Below are positions 21,877 through 32,975 of a stretch of 64,000 nucleotides of DNA, one piece after another. The notes beneath the pieces were generated by a model that saw only the letters and a program-made list of their open reading frames with translations, had not been told where the DNA came from and made no database searches. This stretch comes from an uncultured Bacteroidota bacterium. Lineage in GTDB: Bacteria > Bacteroidota > Bacteroidia > Bacteroidales > DTGW01. Within the stretch, counting starts at the first letter, position 1; every line of letters starts with the position of its first letter. A program made the position numbers and the translations under genes. The stretch spans positions 229,186 to 293,185 of the forward strand of contig OY969556.1 in assembly GCA_963701015.1 (NCBI GenBank), in the 5' to 3' direction.

Positions 21877-22200
21877 TTAAGCTAAGGCAGGAGGAGCACG
21901 GTGTTGGAAACAACAGAATGATTTTGATGTTATTGAATTGGAAAAATCGAATGTATGAATAAATGTGGCTAACTGATAAGATTTAAATGGTTCGTTATTT
22001 TTTGTAATAACATTAACAAATTCGAACTGGCATATAAGGCAATTCTCATCTGTTTTATGTATCGTTAGCTTATGATTAGTATTTAATGAAAAGTATGTTA
22101 CTAATTTATGGGTATGAACTGTCTTCAACACCATGGGGTTGAGCAGGAGAGCTAAATGAAAAGCTGTTAATAAAATTATATTTAACTTCCTTTTATTCAA
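21877..22200 (-). CDS. DUF2946/CruR-like leader protein with CxxC and C-terminal RAPP motif
   Basis: Hydrophobic N-terminus, HTH, CLIC, ends QHRAPPALA; directly upstream of a TBDR. Confidence 0.7.
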   Translation of the reverse strand: MNKRKLNIILLTAFHLALLLNPMVLKTVHTHKLVTYFSLNTNHKLTIHKTDENCLICQFEFVNVITKNNEPFKSYQLATFIHTFDFSNSITSKSFCCFQHRAPPALA

Positions 22201-22225
22201 ATGGTTTTAAATTTTTTATGAAAAA

Positions 22226-22233
22226 CAAAGTTA
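22226..22233 (-). promoter_or_regulatory. Bacteroidota -7 promoter element for the leader-TBDR operon
   Basis: TAACTTTG on the minus strand, about 25 bp upstream of the leader start. Confidence 0.5.
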
Positions 22234-22280
22234 CAGTGATTTTGTTTATATCAATATTTTTAAGGTAGTTAAAAAAAAAA

Positions 22281-24108
22281 GAGGCCGTCTCAAAAGTAAA
22301 AATGAGATGGTCTTTTTTTGGTTAAAAAACGTAGAATTTTTTTGAACTGATCAAAATGTTTTATGGTAGATTATTTTTTTGTTTGATCGATTTAGATTTT
22401 TTTGATAATAATTTAATAATTACGATATAGGACATTTGTTGCCTTCCTAAGAGGATGGCAAAGCAGCCTATGCTGCTCTTTTTGCTAAATTGTGTGCCAA
22501 CGCTAGTAAGCCCATTTCAATTTCTGTTTTTAACATTCCTTTAAGTCCAAAACGCTTAAATCCTTTATTAAACTTGATATTGGCAAAAACGGGTTCAACA
22601 TCAACCCCTCTTTTACTTCGGTAGTAAAGCCCTTGCTCACTCTTCAAGCGTTCTGATGCTTGGGCCTTTAGTCGGTTTAGATTATGATTAATTTCTATTA
22701 TTTTATTCTTCTTACTTTTATGACAAGCTCCACGCAATGGGCATGTACTGCAATTAATAGCTTGGTAACGAGATATTTGTTGCTCAAAACCGTTTTCTGT
22801 AACTCGTTTGATTGAGCCAATGTAATTCATCGGTTGACCCATTGGACAATAGTAGCAGTTCTTTTCAGAGTTGTAGAATAAATTGCTATTGAGAGAGTTC
22901 TTAATTTTGCGTTGATCTTTGTCAAAATAGTTAAACTTTATATAAGCGTCTATTTTTGCCTTTTCTAACAATGCGTAATTTTCTTCTGAACCATAACCAG
23001 CATCTGCCACAGCTACTTTAGGATAATTGTTATACAGGGTGTGGAACTGTTCCAAATGAGGCCTTAATGTGGTTGTATCGGTTGGATTGGGGTGATGGCT
23101 ATAGTTTACAATATATTGATTATTAGTGCTTATCTGAACATTATATCCTGGTTTCAACTGACCGTTTTTCATGTGATCTTCTTTCATTCGCATGAAGGTT
23201 GCCCCAGGGTCTGTTTTACTATACGAGTTCCGTTTGCCTAATATCTGCTCTTGCTCCTTGTACTTGTTGAGATTTTGTGGCCAATGTTGGCGAGCGTAAT
23301 TTAATTTCTGTCTTACTTTCTTGTCAACCTTTTTATCAGATAATGCTTGATCTATTTGATTAATAGTCCGTTTTACTTTTTCTGCATCTATTTGGGTAAA
23401 GTCAACATTATCTGTATCTTGTAATTCCTCTTTGGCTAACGATTGGGTATAATCCCATAACTCTTTTAGTTGTGCCACCATTTTCTCCTTATTGGTCTTT
23501 ATGGAATTGCCCCAAACGAAAGTATAACGATTAGCCTTGGATTCTATTTTGGTCCCATCAACATAGATTTCCTGAAGGCTTACATGTCCCGATTCCACTA
23601 ATAACATGACTACTTGTGCAAATATTTCTTTTAAAACATTTTTGAGCCTATCACTTCTAAATCGATTAAGTGTATTATGATCAGGGTGGTTCATAGCACT
23701 CAGCCACATAAAATGAATGTTCTCTTTTAAGGCTGTTTCCATTTTACGACTACTATATACATTGTTCAGGTAACTGTATATAAGAACCTTCAGCAACATC
23801 CGAGGATGATAGCTTGAGGTGCCACCTCCTTTATATTGTTTATGCAATGCATCAGCGTTAATACTGTCAATGACTTTGTTTACAACCCGAACTGGATGGT
23901 TTGCATCTATGAACTCCTCCAGTGATGGGGGAAGTAACATGATTTGATTGGGACTGTAGTCTTTAAAAACTACTTTTGATCTTTGGTTATACATGTCTCA
24001 TACTTTTGATAATGAGACAACTAAACAAGATAAATGATTAAATTAATGAGCCTTTTTTATGAACTTTTTATTAACAAAAAAAGGTGCCTCGACTTTTGAG
24101 ACACCTTC
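22281..24108 (-). mobile_element. IS1182-family insertion sequence, copy 1 (1828 bp)
   Basis: Imperfect terminal IRs GAGGCCGTCTCAAAAGT / GAAGGTGTCTCAAAAGT; inverted copy of 49866-51693. Confidence 0.92.
22468..23994 (-). CDS. IS1182-family DDE transposase
   Basis: YHPRMLLK, VDGTKIES, KTDPGATFM, ADAGYGSE, CxxCP zinc motif, VEPVF. Confidence 0.93.
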   Translation of the reverse strand: MYNQRSKVVFKDYSPNQIMLLPPSLEEFIDANHPVRVVNKVIDSINADALHKQYKGGGTSSYHPRMLLKVLIYSYLNNVYSSRKMETALKENIHFMWLSAMNHPDHNTLNRFRSDRLKNVLKEIFAQVVMLLVESGHVSLQEIYVDGTKIESKANRYTFVWGNSIKTNKEKMVAQLKELWDYTQSLAKEELQDTDNVDFTQIDAEKVKRTINQIDQALSDKKVDKKVRQKLNYARQHWPQNLNKYKEQEQILGKRNSYSKTDPGATFMRMKEDHMKNGQLKPGYNVQISTNNQYIVNYSHHPNPTDTTTLRPHLEQFHTLYNNYPKVAVADAGYGSEENYALLEKAKIDAYIKFNYFDKDQRKIKNSLNSNLFYNSEKNCYYCPMGQPMNYIGSIKRVTENGFEQQISRYQAINCSTCPLRGACHKSKKNKIIEINHNLNRLKAQASERLKSEQGLYYRSKRGVDVEPVFANIKFNKGFKRFGLKGMLKTEIEMGLLALAHNLAKRAA

Positions 24109-24124
24109 TTCAATTAATTTTTTT

Positions 24125-24916
24125 TTACTTTTTCTTTTTTGCTGACACAGGATTAACTTCTACCATTCGTATTGTCCAAAAATCGTCTGATAAATTTTCG
24201 TTGGTTAAATAATCGTAAGGCATTGTAAAGTAGCCTTTCATCCCCCAGTCGGTGCCCCAACTGTTCCTAATGAAAAATCTTTTCGAAGCATCATCGTATC
24301 CAACGGCAACAACAGCATGTCCCCCCATTAGTTTTTCATTCTTTTTCGGAAGATTTAAAACACCTGATTTAGCTACCGCCTGACTTTCGAATGATGAATA
24401 TACCGAAAATCCTAAAACAAATGGGAATCCTTCAGCTAAGCAAGCTTTCATATCGTTAATATTTCTATTAACACGATGGTATGAAAGTACCTGATGTTTT
24501 AAAGCTTCGGTATAACAAGTTGTACTAGGTTTTTTCGTAAACACACTTTCATTATAAGGCCAAAGTTTTTCAGGACAAACACCTTGTTTATTAACAGTTT
24601 TAATACCATCGCGGATCATTGCGCCGTTATCAGTTGCAACGGTGTGTTCAATTACCCTTTCGTTATAATAAATGAATAAACGCGATGGCATAAAATCTTT
24701 GGCTTTTTGTTTTATTAATTCAAATTCAAAAGCAGCTCCAATTGCATTTGCCGAACAACTTCCTAAGTTTCCCTGGTCATATGGCGTTGGAAATAATGGG
24801 CGTAAATCAACTTTTGCAGGAGGTTTTGCAAGCATCTTTTTCGAAGCAGTATAAAAAAAGTCGCGATGGTCGGGGAGGTCGGGTTTCCAACCATAATTTT
24901 TTTTAAAATGGCCCAT
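24125..24916 (-). CDS. C1A papain-family cysteine peptidase
   Basis: DQGNLGSC, GGHAV, RNSWG. Confidence 0.92.
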   Translation of the reverse strand: MGHFKKNYGWKPDLPDHRDFFYTASKKMLAKPPAKVDLRPLFPTPYDQGNLGSCSANAIGAAFEFELIKQKAKDFMPSRLFIYYNERVIEHTVATDNGAMIRDGIKTVNKQGVCPEKLWPYNESVFTKKPSTTCYTEALKHQVLSYHRVNRNINDMKACLAEGFPFVLGFSVYSSFESQAVAKSGVLNLPKKNEKLMGGHAVVAVGYDDASKRFFIRNSWGTDWGMKGYFTMPYDYLTNENLSDDFWTIRMVEVNPVSAKKKK

Positions 24917-25123
24917 AAGTATTATTAATTTAGGTTTTGCTTACTCTGTTAACAGCTTTTCAGCAACCGCTGATGATCAATGATTAATAGATGTTTATAA
25001 ATTTCAAACGAATAAAGTAACCTCAATTTTTTATTTTTTTAATAAAATTAGGTCGTATTTTTTCATTTATATAGAATACTGCTTATTTTTATACCTTTTT
25101 GAAAAGCATTAAATTATACTAAC

Positions 25124-26905
25124 ATGACTAAATCAAAAATTATTAAGCCATTGATTGTTGCATCATTTGTATGTTTAATTATTACAAGTTGCACAAACAA
25201 AACTTCTGAGAATAATAATATTGTTTCATCCGAAATTACTGGACAATGCACTGCCCCTCCTGATTTTCCGAAATGGGTCGATCATGCCGTGTTTTATCAA
25301 ATTTATCCGCAATCATTTTACGATTCTAATGGCGATGGAATAGGTGATTTGAAAGGGATTACAGAAAAATTGGATTATATAAAAAGTCTTGGGGTTGATG
25401 CCATTTGGATTAACCCATTCTTTGAATCTCCATTTTGCGATGGCGGTTATGATATTTCGGACTATTATAAAGTAGCTCCACGCTATGGAACTAACGAAGA
25501 CGCTAAAAAGCTTTTTGAAGAGGCTCATAAAAGAGGATTAAGAATATTATTTGATTTTGTTGCAAGTTATACATCAATTGATAATCCTTGGTTCAAGACA
25601 TCGGCTGAACAAAAAAAGAATAAATATTCTAATTGGTACATATGGACAGATAATACCTGGATGAACCCTCCTGATGAATTCAAAAATTTATTTGTTAAGG
25701 GTTTCGGTACGAGAAATGGTCAGTACATGCTTAATTTCTATTATTGTGAACCAGCTTTAAATTATGGATTTGCAAATCCTGATAGCACACAGAAATGGGA
25801 ATTGCCTATCAATAATCCGGATGTATTGGCTATGCGTGCAGAAATGAAAAATGTTGTAAAATTTTGGATGGACCTTGGTGCTGATGGCTTTCGTGCCGAT
25901 ATGGCTGGGGCATTGGTTAAATCGACAAATAGCAAAGGTGATGAACAATTTTTTAATACCCGTGAGGAAGGAACAAAACAGTTCTGGCGCGAAATAAGAT
26001 CGATGTTTAAAAAGGATTATCCTGAAGCTTTTATGATTTCGGAATGGTCGTATCCTTCATCAGCTATCAGTGGCGGTTTTCATGCCGATTTTTTCCATTG
26101 GTTCGATGGCTTTAACGATTTATTTCAAAAAGAAAGCTGGCGAATTTTAAATGGTTATTCCTCAGGCCATAGTTATTTCGACAAGGAAGGAAAGGGAAAT
26201 ATTACTTACTTTTTAAAGAATTATCTACAACAATACAACCAGGTAAAAGGAAAAGGATATATTTCGCTTCCACTTGGGAACCATGATAATGCTCGTTTAG
26301 CAAACCATCGTTCCGATGACGATTTGGAAATAATTTATGCTTTTGGCTTGACGATGCCCGGTGTTACATTCTTATATTATGGAAATGAAATTGGAATGCG
26401 TCAACTTGGTGCAGATTGGCCACAAGTTGAAGGAGCATATCGTCCACGCAATGGAGCCCGCACACCAATGCAATGGAGCAAAGGCAAAAACCTGGGATTT
26501 TCTACTGCTAATGCTGACAAATTATATTTACCTGTTGATACTGAAAAGGATGCTCCAACAGTTGATGTACAGGAAAAAGATACAAACTCATTGCTTAACC
26601 GCACACGAAGGTTAATTGCATTAAAACATAGCGAACCTGCTTTAGCTGCATATGCTGAATTTTCGGTTCTGTATGCAAAAGAAAATTCGTATCCTTTTAT
26701 TTATGCACGTTCTTTAGGCAAAGATGTAGTTATTGTAATTTTAAACCCTGCAGGACAAAATAATTCAGCTGATTTTGATATTAATATTCCATTTAAGGAT
26801 ATGAAATTGCTGGCTGGTTCTAAAATTGATTATTCGCATAATGGAAATAATGTGTCAATAAAAATTCCGGGAAGAAAATATGCAATTTACAGATTAATTG
26901 AGTAG
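25124..26905 (+). CDS. GH13 alpha-amylase/alpha-glucosidase family lipoprotein
   Basis: Lipobox ITSC, YQIYPQSFYDSNGDGIGD, DGFRAD, NHD, RTPMQW. Confidence 0.92.
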   Translation: MTKSKIIKPLIVASFVCLIITSCTNKTSENNNIVSSEITGQCTAPPDFPKWVDHAVFYQIYPQSFYDSNGDGIGDLKGITEKLDYIKSLGVDAIWINPFFESPFCDGGYDISDYYKVAPRYGTNEDAKKLFEEAHKRGLRILFDFVASYTSIDNPWFKTSAEQKKNKYSNWYIWTDNTWMNPPDEFKNLFVKGFGTRNGQYMLNFYYCEPALNYGFANPDSTQKWELPINNPDVLAMRAEMKNVVKFWMDLGADGFRADMAGALVKSTNSKGDEQFFNTREEGTKQFWREIRSMFKKDYPEAFMISEWSYPSSAISGGFHADFFHWFDGFNDLFQKESWRILNGYSSGHSYFDKEGKGNITYFLKNYLQQYNQVKGKGYISLPLGNHDNARLANHRSDDDLEIIYAFGLTMPGVTFLYYGNEIGMRQLGADWPQVEGAYRPRNGARTPMQWSKGKNLGFSTANADKLYLPVDTEKDAPTVDVQEKDTNSLLNRTRRLIALKHSEPALAAYAEFSVLYAKENSYPFIYARSLGKDVVIVILNPAGQNNSADFDINIPFKDMKLLAGSKIDYSHNGNNVSIKIPGRKYAIYRLIE

Positions 26906-27089
26906 TAAATTGTTATATTTTTTGAATATTTGAACCTTTCTTTTGGTTTTCAATTTCAAAATAAATTGTAGTTTTAAATAAAATATACAATTATTAACAC
27001 TTTGCTGAAAGTTATTTTATAAAATTTATTTTATTTTGGTGCTTTTAATTTTCAAAGGAATAAAATCCGATATTAATACTAAATTATAA

Positions 27090-30000
27090 ATGAAACAATA
27101 CAAAATCCTAAACAGTATTTTCGGCTGGGTTACATTTGCAATTGCTGCAGTTGTTTACTTATCGACATTGGAACCCACAGTGAGTTTTTGGGATTGTGGC
27201 GAATTTATTGCTACAGCGTTTAAACTTCAAGTGAACCATCCCCCGGGAAACTCATTTTTTGAGCTTTTGGGTCATTTCTTCACCATGTTTGCCGGACATA
27301 ACCTTAAAAATGTCCCTATAACTATGAATGTAATGTCTTCTTTGGCAAGTGCTTTTACTATTCTTTTGCTTTTTTGGAGCATTACACACATGGCCCGAAA
27401 AATTATTGTTAAGAATAATGAATATACTCTTGGGAACACCATAGCAATTATCGGATCAGGTTTAGTAGGTGCTTTAGCATTTACATTTTCCGATTCATTC
27501 TGGTTCTCAGCAGTTGAAGGTATTGTTTGGTCAACATCATCGTTATTTACGGCTATAGTATTCTGGTCAATTCTGAAATGGGAAGAACATTCAGATGAAA
27601 AACATGCAAACCGATGGCTTATTTTCCTGGCTTATATGGTTGGCCTCTCAATTGGTGTTCATTTATTGAATTTATTGGCTATTCCAGCAATTGTGTTTAT
27701 ATATTATTTCAAAAAATATCCATTTACACGCAAAGGAATAATATTTGCATCCCTTATTTCTATTTTGCTAATTGCAACAGTAATGTTCGGAGTTGTCCGC
27801 GGTTTAATATATGGCGCCGCATACATGGACTTGCTATTTGTAAATGGTTTTGGTCTTCCATTTTATTCAGGTGTAATTTTTTATATAATTGCAATTGTCG
27901 TTTTTGTAGTTTGGGGATTGAATTATACATACAAAAAGCGAAAAGTTCTTTGGAATACAATTTTACTTGTATTTACAATGCTTTTACTTGGCTATTCATC
28001 TGTTACGGTTATTGTAATTCGCTCCATGGCTCATACTCCGCTTAATGAAAATGACCCGGAAAATATGTTTAGCTTACTGTATTATTTAAATCGTGAACAA
28101 TATGGCGACAATCCATTGATTTATGGCCCGGTTTATAATGCTCCGGTTACTGAATATAAAGATGATGGTAGTCCTACTTATACTCCAATTAATGGCAGGT
28201 ATGAAATAACCAACCATAAACCCGATTATGTTTATGACGACCGTTTTGAAATGTTTTTTCCAAGAATGTGGAGTCAGGAAGCAGATCATGTTAGTATGTA
28301 CAAATATTGGGGTAAAGTTAAAGGTATACCTATTGATATACCTGATGGAAAAGGAGGCACACAAACAGTATATAAACCAACATTTGGTGAAAATCTGCTA
28401 TACTTTTTCCGTTATCAGATAAACCATATGTACATTCGCTATTTTATGTGGAATTTTGCGGGGCGCCAAAATGATATTCAAGGTAATGGTGAGATAACAA
28501 AGGGTAATTGGCTTACTGGTATAAAATTTTTCGATGAATGGCGTTTGGGGCCACAGGATAAATTACCAGAATCTATGGCAAAGAATAAGGGTTTGCATAA
28601 ATATTATATGCTTCCTTTTTTCCTTGGTTTGATTGGTTTGTTTTTTCAGTATAGGCGTGAGAAGAAGGACTTTACAGTTTTGGTTTTGTTTTTCTTTTTT
28701 ACGGGTTTGGCAATTATTATCTATCTTAATCAATATCCTTACCAACCGAGGGAAAGGGATTATTCCTACGTAGCGTCATTTTATGTTTTTGCAATGTGGA
28801 TAGGCCTGGGCGTTTTGGGCTTATATGAAAAAGTTCTGAAAAAAATGAAAACCCCGGCAAAGGCTATACTTATAACTTTGGTATGCTTGGGGTTGGTTCC
28901 AACACTAATGGCAAAAGAAAATTGGGCTGACCATGACAGATCACATAGATATACTGCAAGAGATTTTGCATATGACTATTTAATATCGTGTGATAAAGAT
29001 GCCTATATTTTTACTAATGGCGACAATGATACTTTCCCGCTTTGGTATATTCAGGAAGTTGAAGGTGTGCGAACAGATGTACGGGTTATTAACCTGAGTT
29101 ATTTGAGTGCATACTGGTATATCGATCAGATGGAAAGAAAATCATATGATTCTGACCCGGTTCCTTTTTCATTAAAGAAGAATCAGGTATTGGAGGGCAG
29201 ACGCGATATTATCTATTTGATTGACAGGATTAAAGATAATGTAAATGTTAAAGATGCAGTTGATTTTGTTGCCAGTGATGATCCGCAAACCAAGACTTTA
29301 CAGGGTTATAACGAGCACATTGATTATATTCCTTCAAAGAAATTTAAAATTGTTGTAGATACTGCTGAAGTTTTCAAAAATGGGTATCTTCCTCGTTCAA
29401 TGGCAAATAAAGTTGTTCCCGAAATGGATTGGACAATTAATAGGAATTATATAACCAAAGCCGACTTAATGATCCTTGATCTACTAGCTTATAATAATTG
29501 GAAACGACCGATATATTTTGCTATAACAGTATCGCGTGAAAATTATTTGAATCTCGATCCGTATATGCAAATGTGCGGGCTTACTTATAAGGTTGTGCCT
29601 GTTAAAACAGATGCTCCCAGAGGTGAAATCAGTAATTTGGATACAAAAGTTGTATATGACAACCTGATGAATAATTTTAAATGGGGAGGGATCAATAATC
29701 CAAAGGTTTATTTGGATGAAAATAACATGCGTATGTTGTCGAATTTCAGGAACGATTTTGCAAAATTAGCAGGAACGCTTATCAATGAAGGGCATCGTGA
29801 CTCTGCTTTATTGGTATTAAATAAATGTTTGGAAGTATTACCAGATAATTGTGTACCCTATAATTATTTTAGTTTACCAATTATCGATTTGTATTATAAA
29901 CTAAATAAAACTGATCAAGCCGGGGCAATTACAAGACGGCTTGCAGAATTAACCGAACAGGAATTGGATTATTATTTCAGGTTTAATACTGAGCAACGTA

Positions 30001-30149
30001 TGTTAATTGATAATGATATTCGTATGGATTTGCAGATAATGCAGCAGTTATCTGTAATTGCTAATCAATATAAGCAAACTGAAATGGCTCATAAATTTGA
30101 GGATGTATTCAAGCAATATTATACACTTTATAGTAACAGTGGGTCATAA
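27090..30149 (+). CDS. DUF2723 membrane protein (TMEM260-like glycosyltransferase fold)
   Basis: SFWDCGEFI, HPPG, RERDYSY, GDNDTFPLWY. Confidence 0.85.
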   Translation: MKQYKILNSIFGWVTFAIAAVVYLSTLEPTVSFWDCGEFIATAFKLQVNHPPGNSFFELLGHFFTMFAGHNLKNVPITMNVMSSLASAFTILLLFWSITHMARKIIVKNNEYTLGNTIAIIGSGLVGALAFTFSDSFWFSAVEGIVWSTSSLFTAIVFWSILKWEEHSDEKHANRWLIFLAYMVGLSIGVHLLNLLAIPAIVFIYYFKKYPFTRKGIIFASLISILLIATVMFGVVRGLIYGAAYMDLLFVNGFGLPFYSGVIFYIIAIVVFVVWGLNYTYKKRKVLWNTILLVFTMLLLGYSSVTVIVIRSMAHTPLNENDPENMFSLLYYLNREQYGDNPLIYGPVYNAPVTEYKDDGSPTYTPINGRYEITNHKPDYVYDDRFEMFFPRMWSQEADHVSMYKYWGKVKGIPIDIPDGKGGTQTVYKPTFGENLLYFFRYQINHMYIRYFMWNFAGRQNDIQGNGEITKGNWLTGIKFFDEWRLGPQDKLPESMAKNKGLHKYYMLPFFLGLIGLFFQYRREKKDFTVLVLFFFFTGLAIIIYLNQYPYQPRERDYSYVASFYVFAMWIGLGVLGLYEKVLKKMKTPAKAILITLVCLGLVPTLMAKENWADHDRSHRYTARDFAYDYLISCDKDAYIFTNGDNDTFPLWYIQEVEGVRTDVRVINLSYLSAYWYIDQMERKSYDSDPVPFSLKKNQVLEGRRDIIYLIDRIKDNVNVKDAVDFVASDDPQTKTLQGYNEHIDYIPSKKFKIVVDTAEVFKNGYLPRSMANKVVPEMDWTINRNYITKADLMILDLLAYNNWKRPIYFAITVSRENYLNLDPYMQMCGLTYKVVPVKTDAPRGEISNLDTKVVYDNLMNNFKWGGINNPKVYLDENNMRMLSNFRNDFAKLAGTLINEGHRDSALLVLNKCLEVLPDNCVPYNYFSLPIIDLYYKLNKTDQAGAITRRLAELTEQELDYYFRFNTEQRMLIDNDIRMDLQIMQQLSVIANQYKQTEMAHKFEDVFKQYYTLYSNSGS

Positions 30150-30182
30150 AATAAAATAGTATAATTAAATAATAATTTTAAT

Positions 30183-30217
30183 AGAGGGTGTTGTGATTTT
30201 GCAACATCCTCTTTTTT
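30183..30217 (+). terminator. Intrinsic terminator
   Basis: AGAGGGTGTTG...CAACATCCTCT stem followed by a T-run. Confidence 0.8.
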
Positions 30218-30522
30218 ATTGGCTTTTATTTACATTTATTGGTTTCTAGAAAAAGTATTTTAAACACTTAAATCAATACAAGTTATGAAACAATTTTATT
30301 TTAAGCCGATTTGCAACTTTATATAGTATATTCCATAATTGGCGCATTATTTATGAGGTTTTCAATTATTGTGCTTTTTAATTATATTTGATTATAATTT
30401 TTCAAATGCTGAATTGAAATATAATTTAATTCGTTTTAGTAAGTAGCTGATTTTTATTTGATTTTCTATTATAAAATATAAGTATTTATTTAAATTACAG
30501 CAAAAAAATACAATTTAAACAA

Positions 30523-32118
30523 ATGAAAAAGAGATCGAATGTTCCGTCAATTCTGATATTTATTTTTCTTTTATGTATAAATTCATGTCAGATGGTTCAG
30601 CATAAATCAACCTTGGGAATAAATGATAATAAAGCATTGGAGGAAATTACTATTTCCCAATTGCAACAAGATTATAAACAGGGGAAATATAAAGTTCATG
30701 ATGTTGTAGCATGGTATTTAAGCCGGATAGATTCACTCGATAAACATGGACCAAAATTAAATGCAATTATAAATATAAATCCTGATGCCTTGAAGATTGC
30801 TGACCAGTTGGATAAAGAGTTGGCTACAGGAAAAATAAGAGGTTCTTTGTTTGGAATCCCGGTGATTTTAAAAGACAATATTGATACTCATGACAGAATG
30901 CCAACTACTGCCGGCGCTACAGTTTTGAAAAACTCTTTTCCTGAAGTCGATAGTTGGGTTGCAAAAAAGCTGAGAGAAGCCGGAGCAGTAATAATTGCAA
31001 AATCAAATTTAAGTGAATGGGCAAATTTCCGTTCTAATGTTTCATCCAGCGGCTGGAGCGGAGTGGGAGGTCAGACAAAAAACCCCTATGTGCTAGATCG
31101 TAATCCGTGTGGTTCCAGTTCCGGATCGGGAGTTGCAGTTTCCGCAAACTTGTGTATGATTGCCATTGGAACTGAAACCAATGGATCAATAGTATGTCCA
31201 TCAAACAATAATGGTATTGTTGGAATTAAACCAACTGTAGGCTTAATAAGCCGTTCAGGAATCATACCTATTTCTTTTACACAAGATACACCTGGGCCAA
31301 TGGGCCGTACGGTTGAGGATGTAGCCATTTGTCTTGGCTCATTAACCGGGGTCGATTCATCTGATAGTAAAACTTTTAACTCGAAAAGTAATTCACATTT
31401 GAATTATACCAAATATCTAAAAAAAGATGGATTGAAAGGCAAGCGTATTGGCTTGATGAAGGAATATATGGGATTTAGTGATAAAGTAGATACACTTATT
31501 CATCAAACGGTTATTTTACTTGAACAACAAGGTGCGGAAATTATTGAAGTAGATCCACTAAAAGATCATAGTTTTGAAGATGCCTCATTTCAAGTAATGT
31601 TATTTGAATTTAAAGACGGACTTAACCATTACTTTGCTGGTTTGGGTAAAAATGCGCCGGTGAGAAGCCTGAAGGAGCTTATAGCCTTTAATTTAAAAGA
31701 TTCAATAGAGTTGAATTATTTTGACCAGAAAATACTCGAACAAGCCGAAAAAAAAAGTAGCCTAACCTCACCTGAATATAAAAGCGCACTTTCGAAAATG
31801 ATGAAAAGTACGAGAAAGGATGGAATTGATTACCTTTTAAATAAATACAAACTTGATGCACTAATGGCTCCTACTGGATCGCCAGCTTGGAAGACAGACT
31901 TGATAAATGGAGATCATTTTATTGGAGGAAGTTCATCTTTAGCAGCAATTTCAGGTTATCCAAGTATTACTGTACCTATGGGTTTTATTAAGGAATTGCC
32001 TGTAGGTGTCTCATTTTTTGGGAAAGCCTGGAGTGAACCAGTTTTGTTTGAAATTGCTTATGGTTATGAACAAGTATCAAAAGTAAGAAAAGCTCCGCGA
32101 TTTATTGTAACCGATTAA
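30523..32118 (+). CDS. Amidase signature family enzyme
   Basis: LKDNID, NPCGSSSGS, GTETNGSIVCP. Confidence 0.92.
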   Translation: MKKRSNVPSILIFIFLLCINSCQMVQHKSTLGINDNKALEEITISQLQQDYKQGKYKVHDVVAWYLSRIDSLDKHGPKLNAIININPDALKIADQLDKELATGKIRGSLFGIPVILKDNIDTHDRMPTTAGATVLKNSFPEVDSWVAKKLREAGAVIIAKSNLSEWANFRSNVSSSGWSGVGGQTKNPYVLDRNPCGSSSGSGVAVSANLCMIAIGTETNGSIVCPSNNNGIVGIKPTVGLISRSGIIPISFTQDTPGPMGRTVEDVAICLGSLTGVDSSDSKTFNSKSNSHLNYTKYLKKDGLKGKRIGLMKEYMGFSDKVDTLIHQTVILLEQQGAEIIEVDPLKDHSFEDASFQVMLFEFKDGLNHYFAGLGKNAPVRSLKELIAFNLKDSIELNYFDQKILEQAEKKSSLTSPEYKSALSKMMKSTRKDGIDYLLNKYKLDALMAPTGSPAWKTDLINGDHFIGGSSSLAAISGYPSITVPMGFIKELPVGVSFFGKAWSEPVLFEIAYGYEQVSKVRKAPRFIVTD

Positions 32119-32171
32119 GAATAAAGCGAAACCGATGGTTGGATGCTAACTTTACTTGAATAACAACGACA

Positions 32172-32860
32172 ATGATTAAAAAACTTATAGAAAAAATATT
32201 AGTTCCTGTCTATAGTTTTGCGAATCTTCTGGGATTATTGCCAGATGAATTTATGGAATATTCTAATGGTATTTCCTTTGGGTAAACGTCTTGATAATTA
32301 TAATGTTAATTTGTTGGAAAATTCCCCATCATTGGAATTTTTAAATCATTATAAAAATGTTAAAGAATAATAAACAGAACTCACTTTAAACATATGCAAT
32401 GAACTTAAAAAAAGAATATTAATTGTATAAATATACTAAACAGTACATATAACAAGTAATGAATTAAGCCATATTTAAAACGTTCTGGTATTAAATTTCC
32501 CATAAAATAATCACATCTCGATCGGGTTTAGGTTGGATAGGTAAAACAGATTTATTTTTTCTGAAGATTTTGGACCTCGTGTTAGGTTATAAGTATTTTA
32601 ATTTACAGATTAATAGAATTAACAAGACAAACAATAAGCCAAAGTAAATGTGGAACCTGTGATATATGTGTTAAGAGATGTCTGGCACAAGCTGCAATTG
32701 GGACGTTATGGGATATAAATATTGAAAGAGATATTTATCGATGCTTATAAATGCAAAAAAAATGTAGTGAATATGCTAAATTGTTATTAAAAATCGATTC
32801 TCGTATTTGTGATATTTGTGTATCAGTTAGTCCGAATGGTAAAAAAGCAATAATAATAGG
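32172..32860 (+). pseudogene. Decayed epoxyqueuosine-reductase-like 4Fe-4S protein
   Basis: Manual translation gives HKIITSRSGLGWIGKTDLF..FGPRVRL, CGTCDICVKRC and RICDICVSVSP across several stops and frameshifts; end approximate. Confidence 0.7.
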
Positions 32861-32975
32861 AACTAAAAAATATAAGAATACCTGGATGTTAAAGTGAAAA
32901 ATTTTCTTGATGGATTCTTATATTTGTTCCAGCATCTATTCTAAGCTTATTTTTTAAAATTAAACGTGAACAAAG

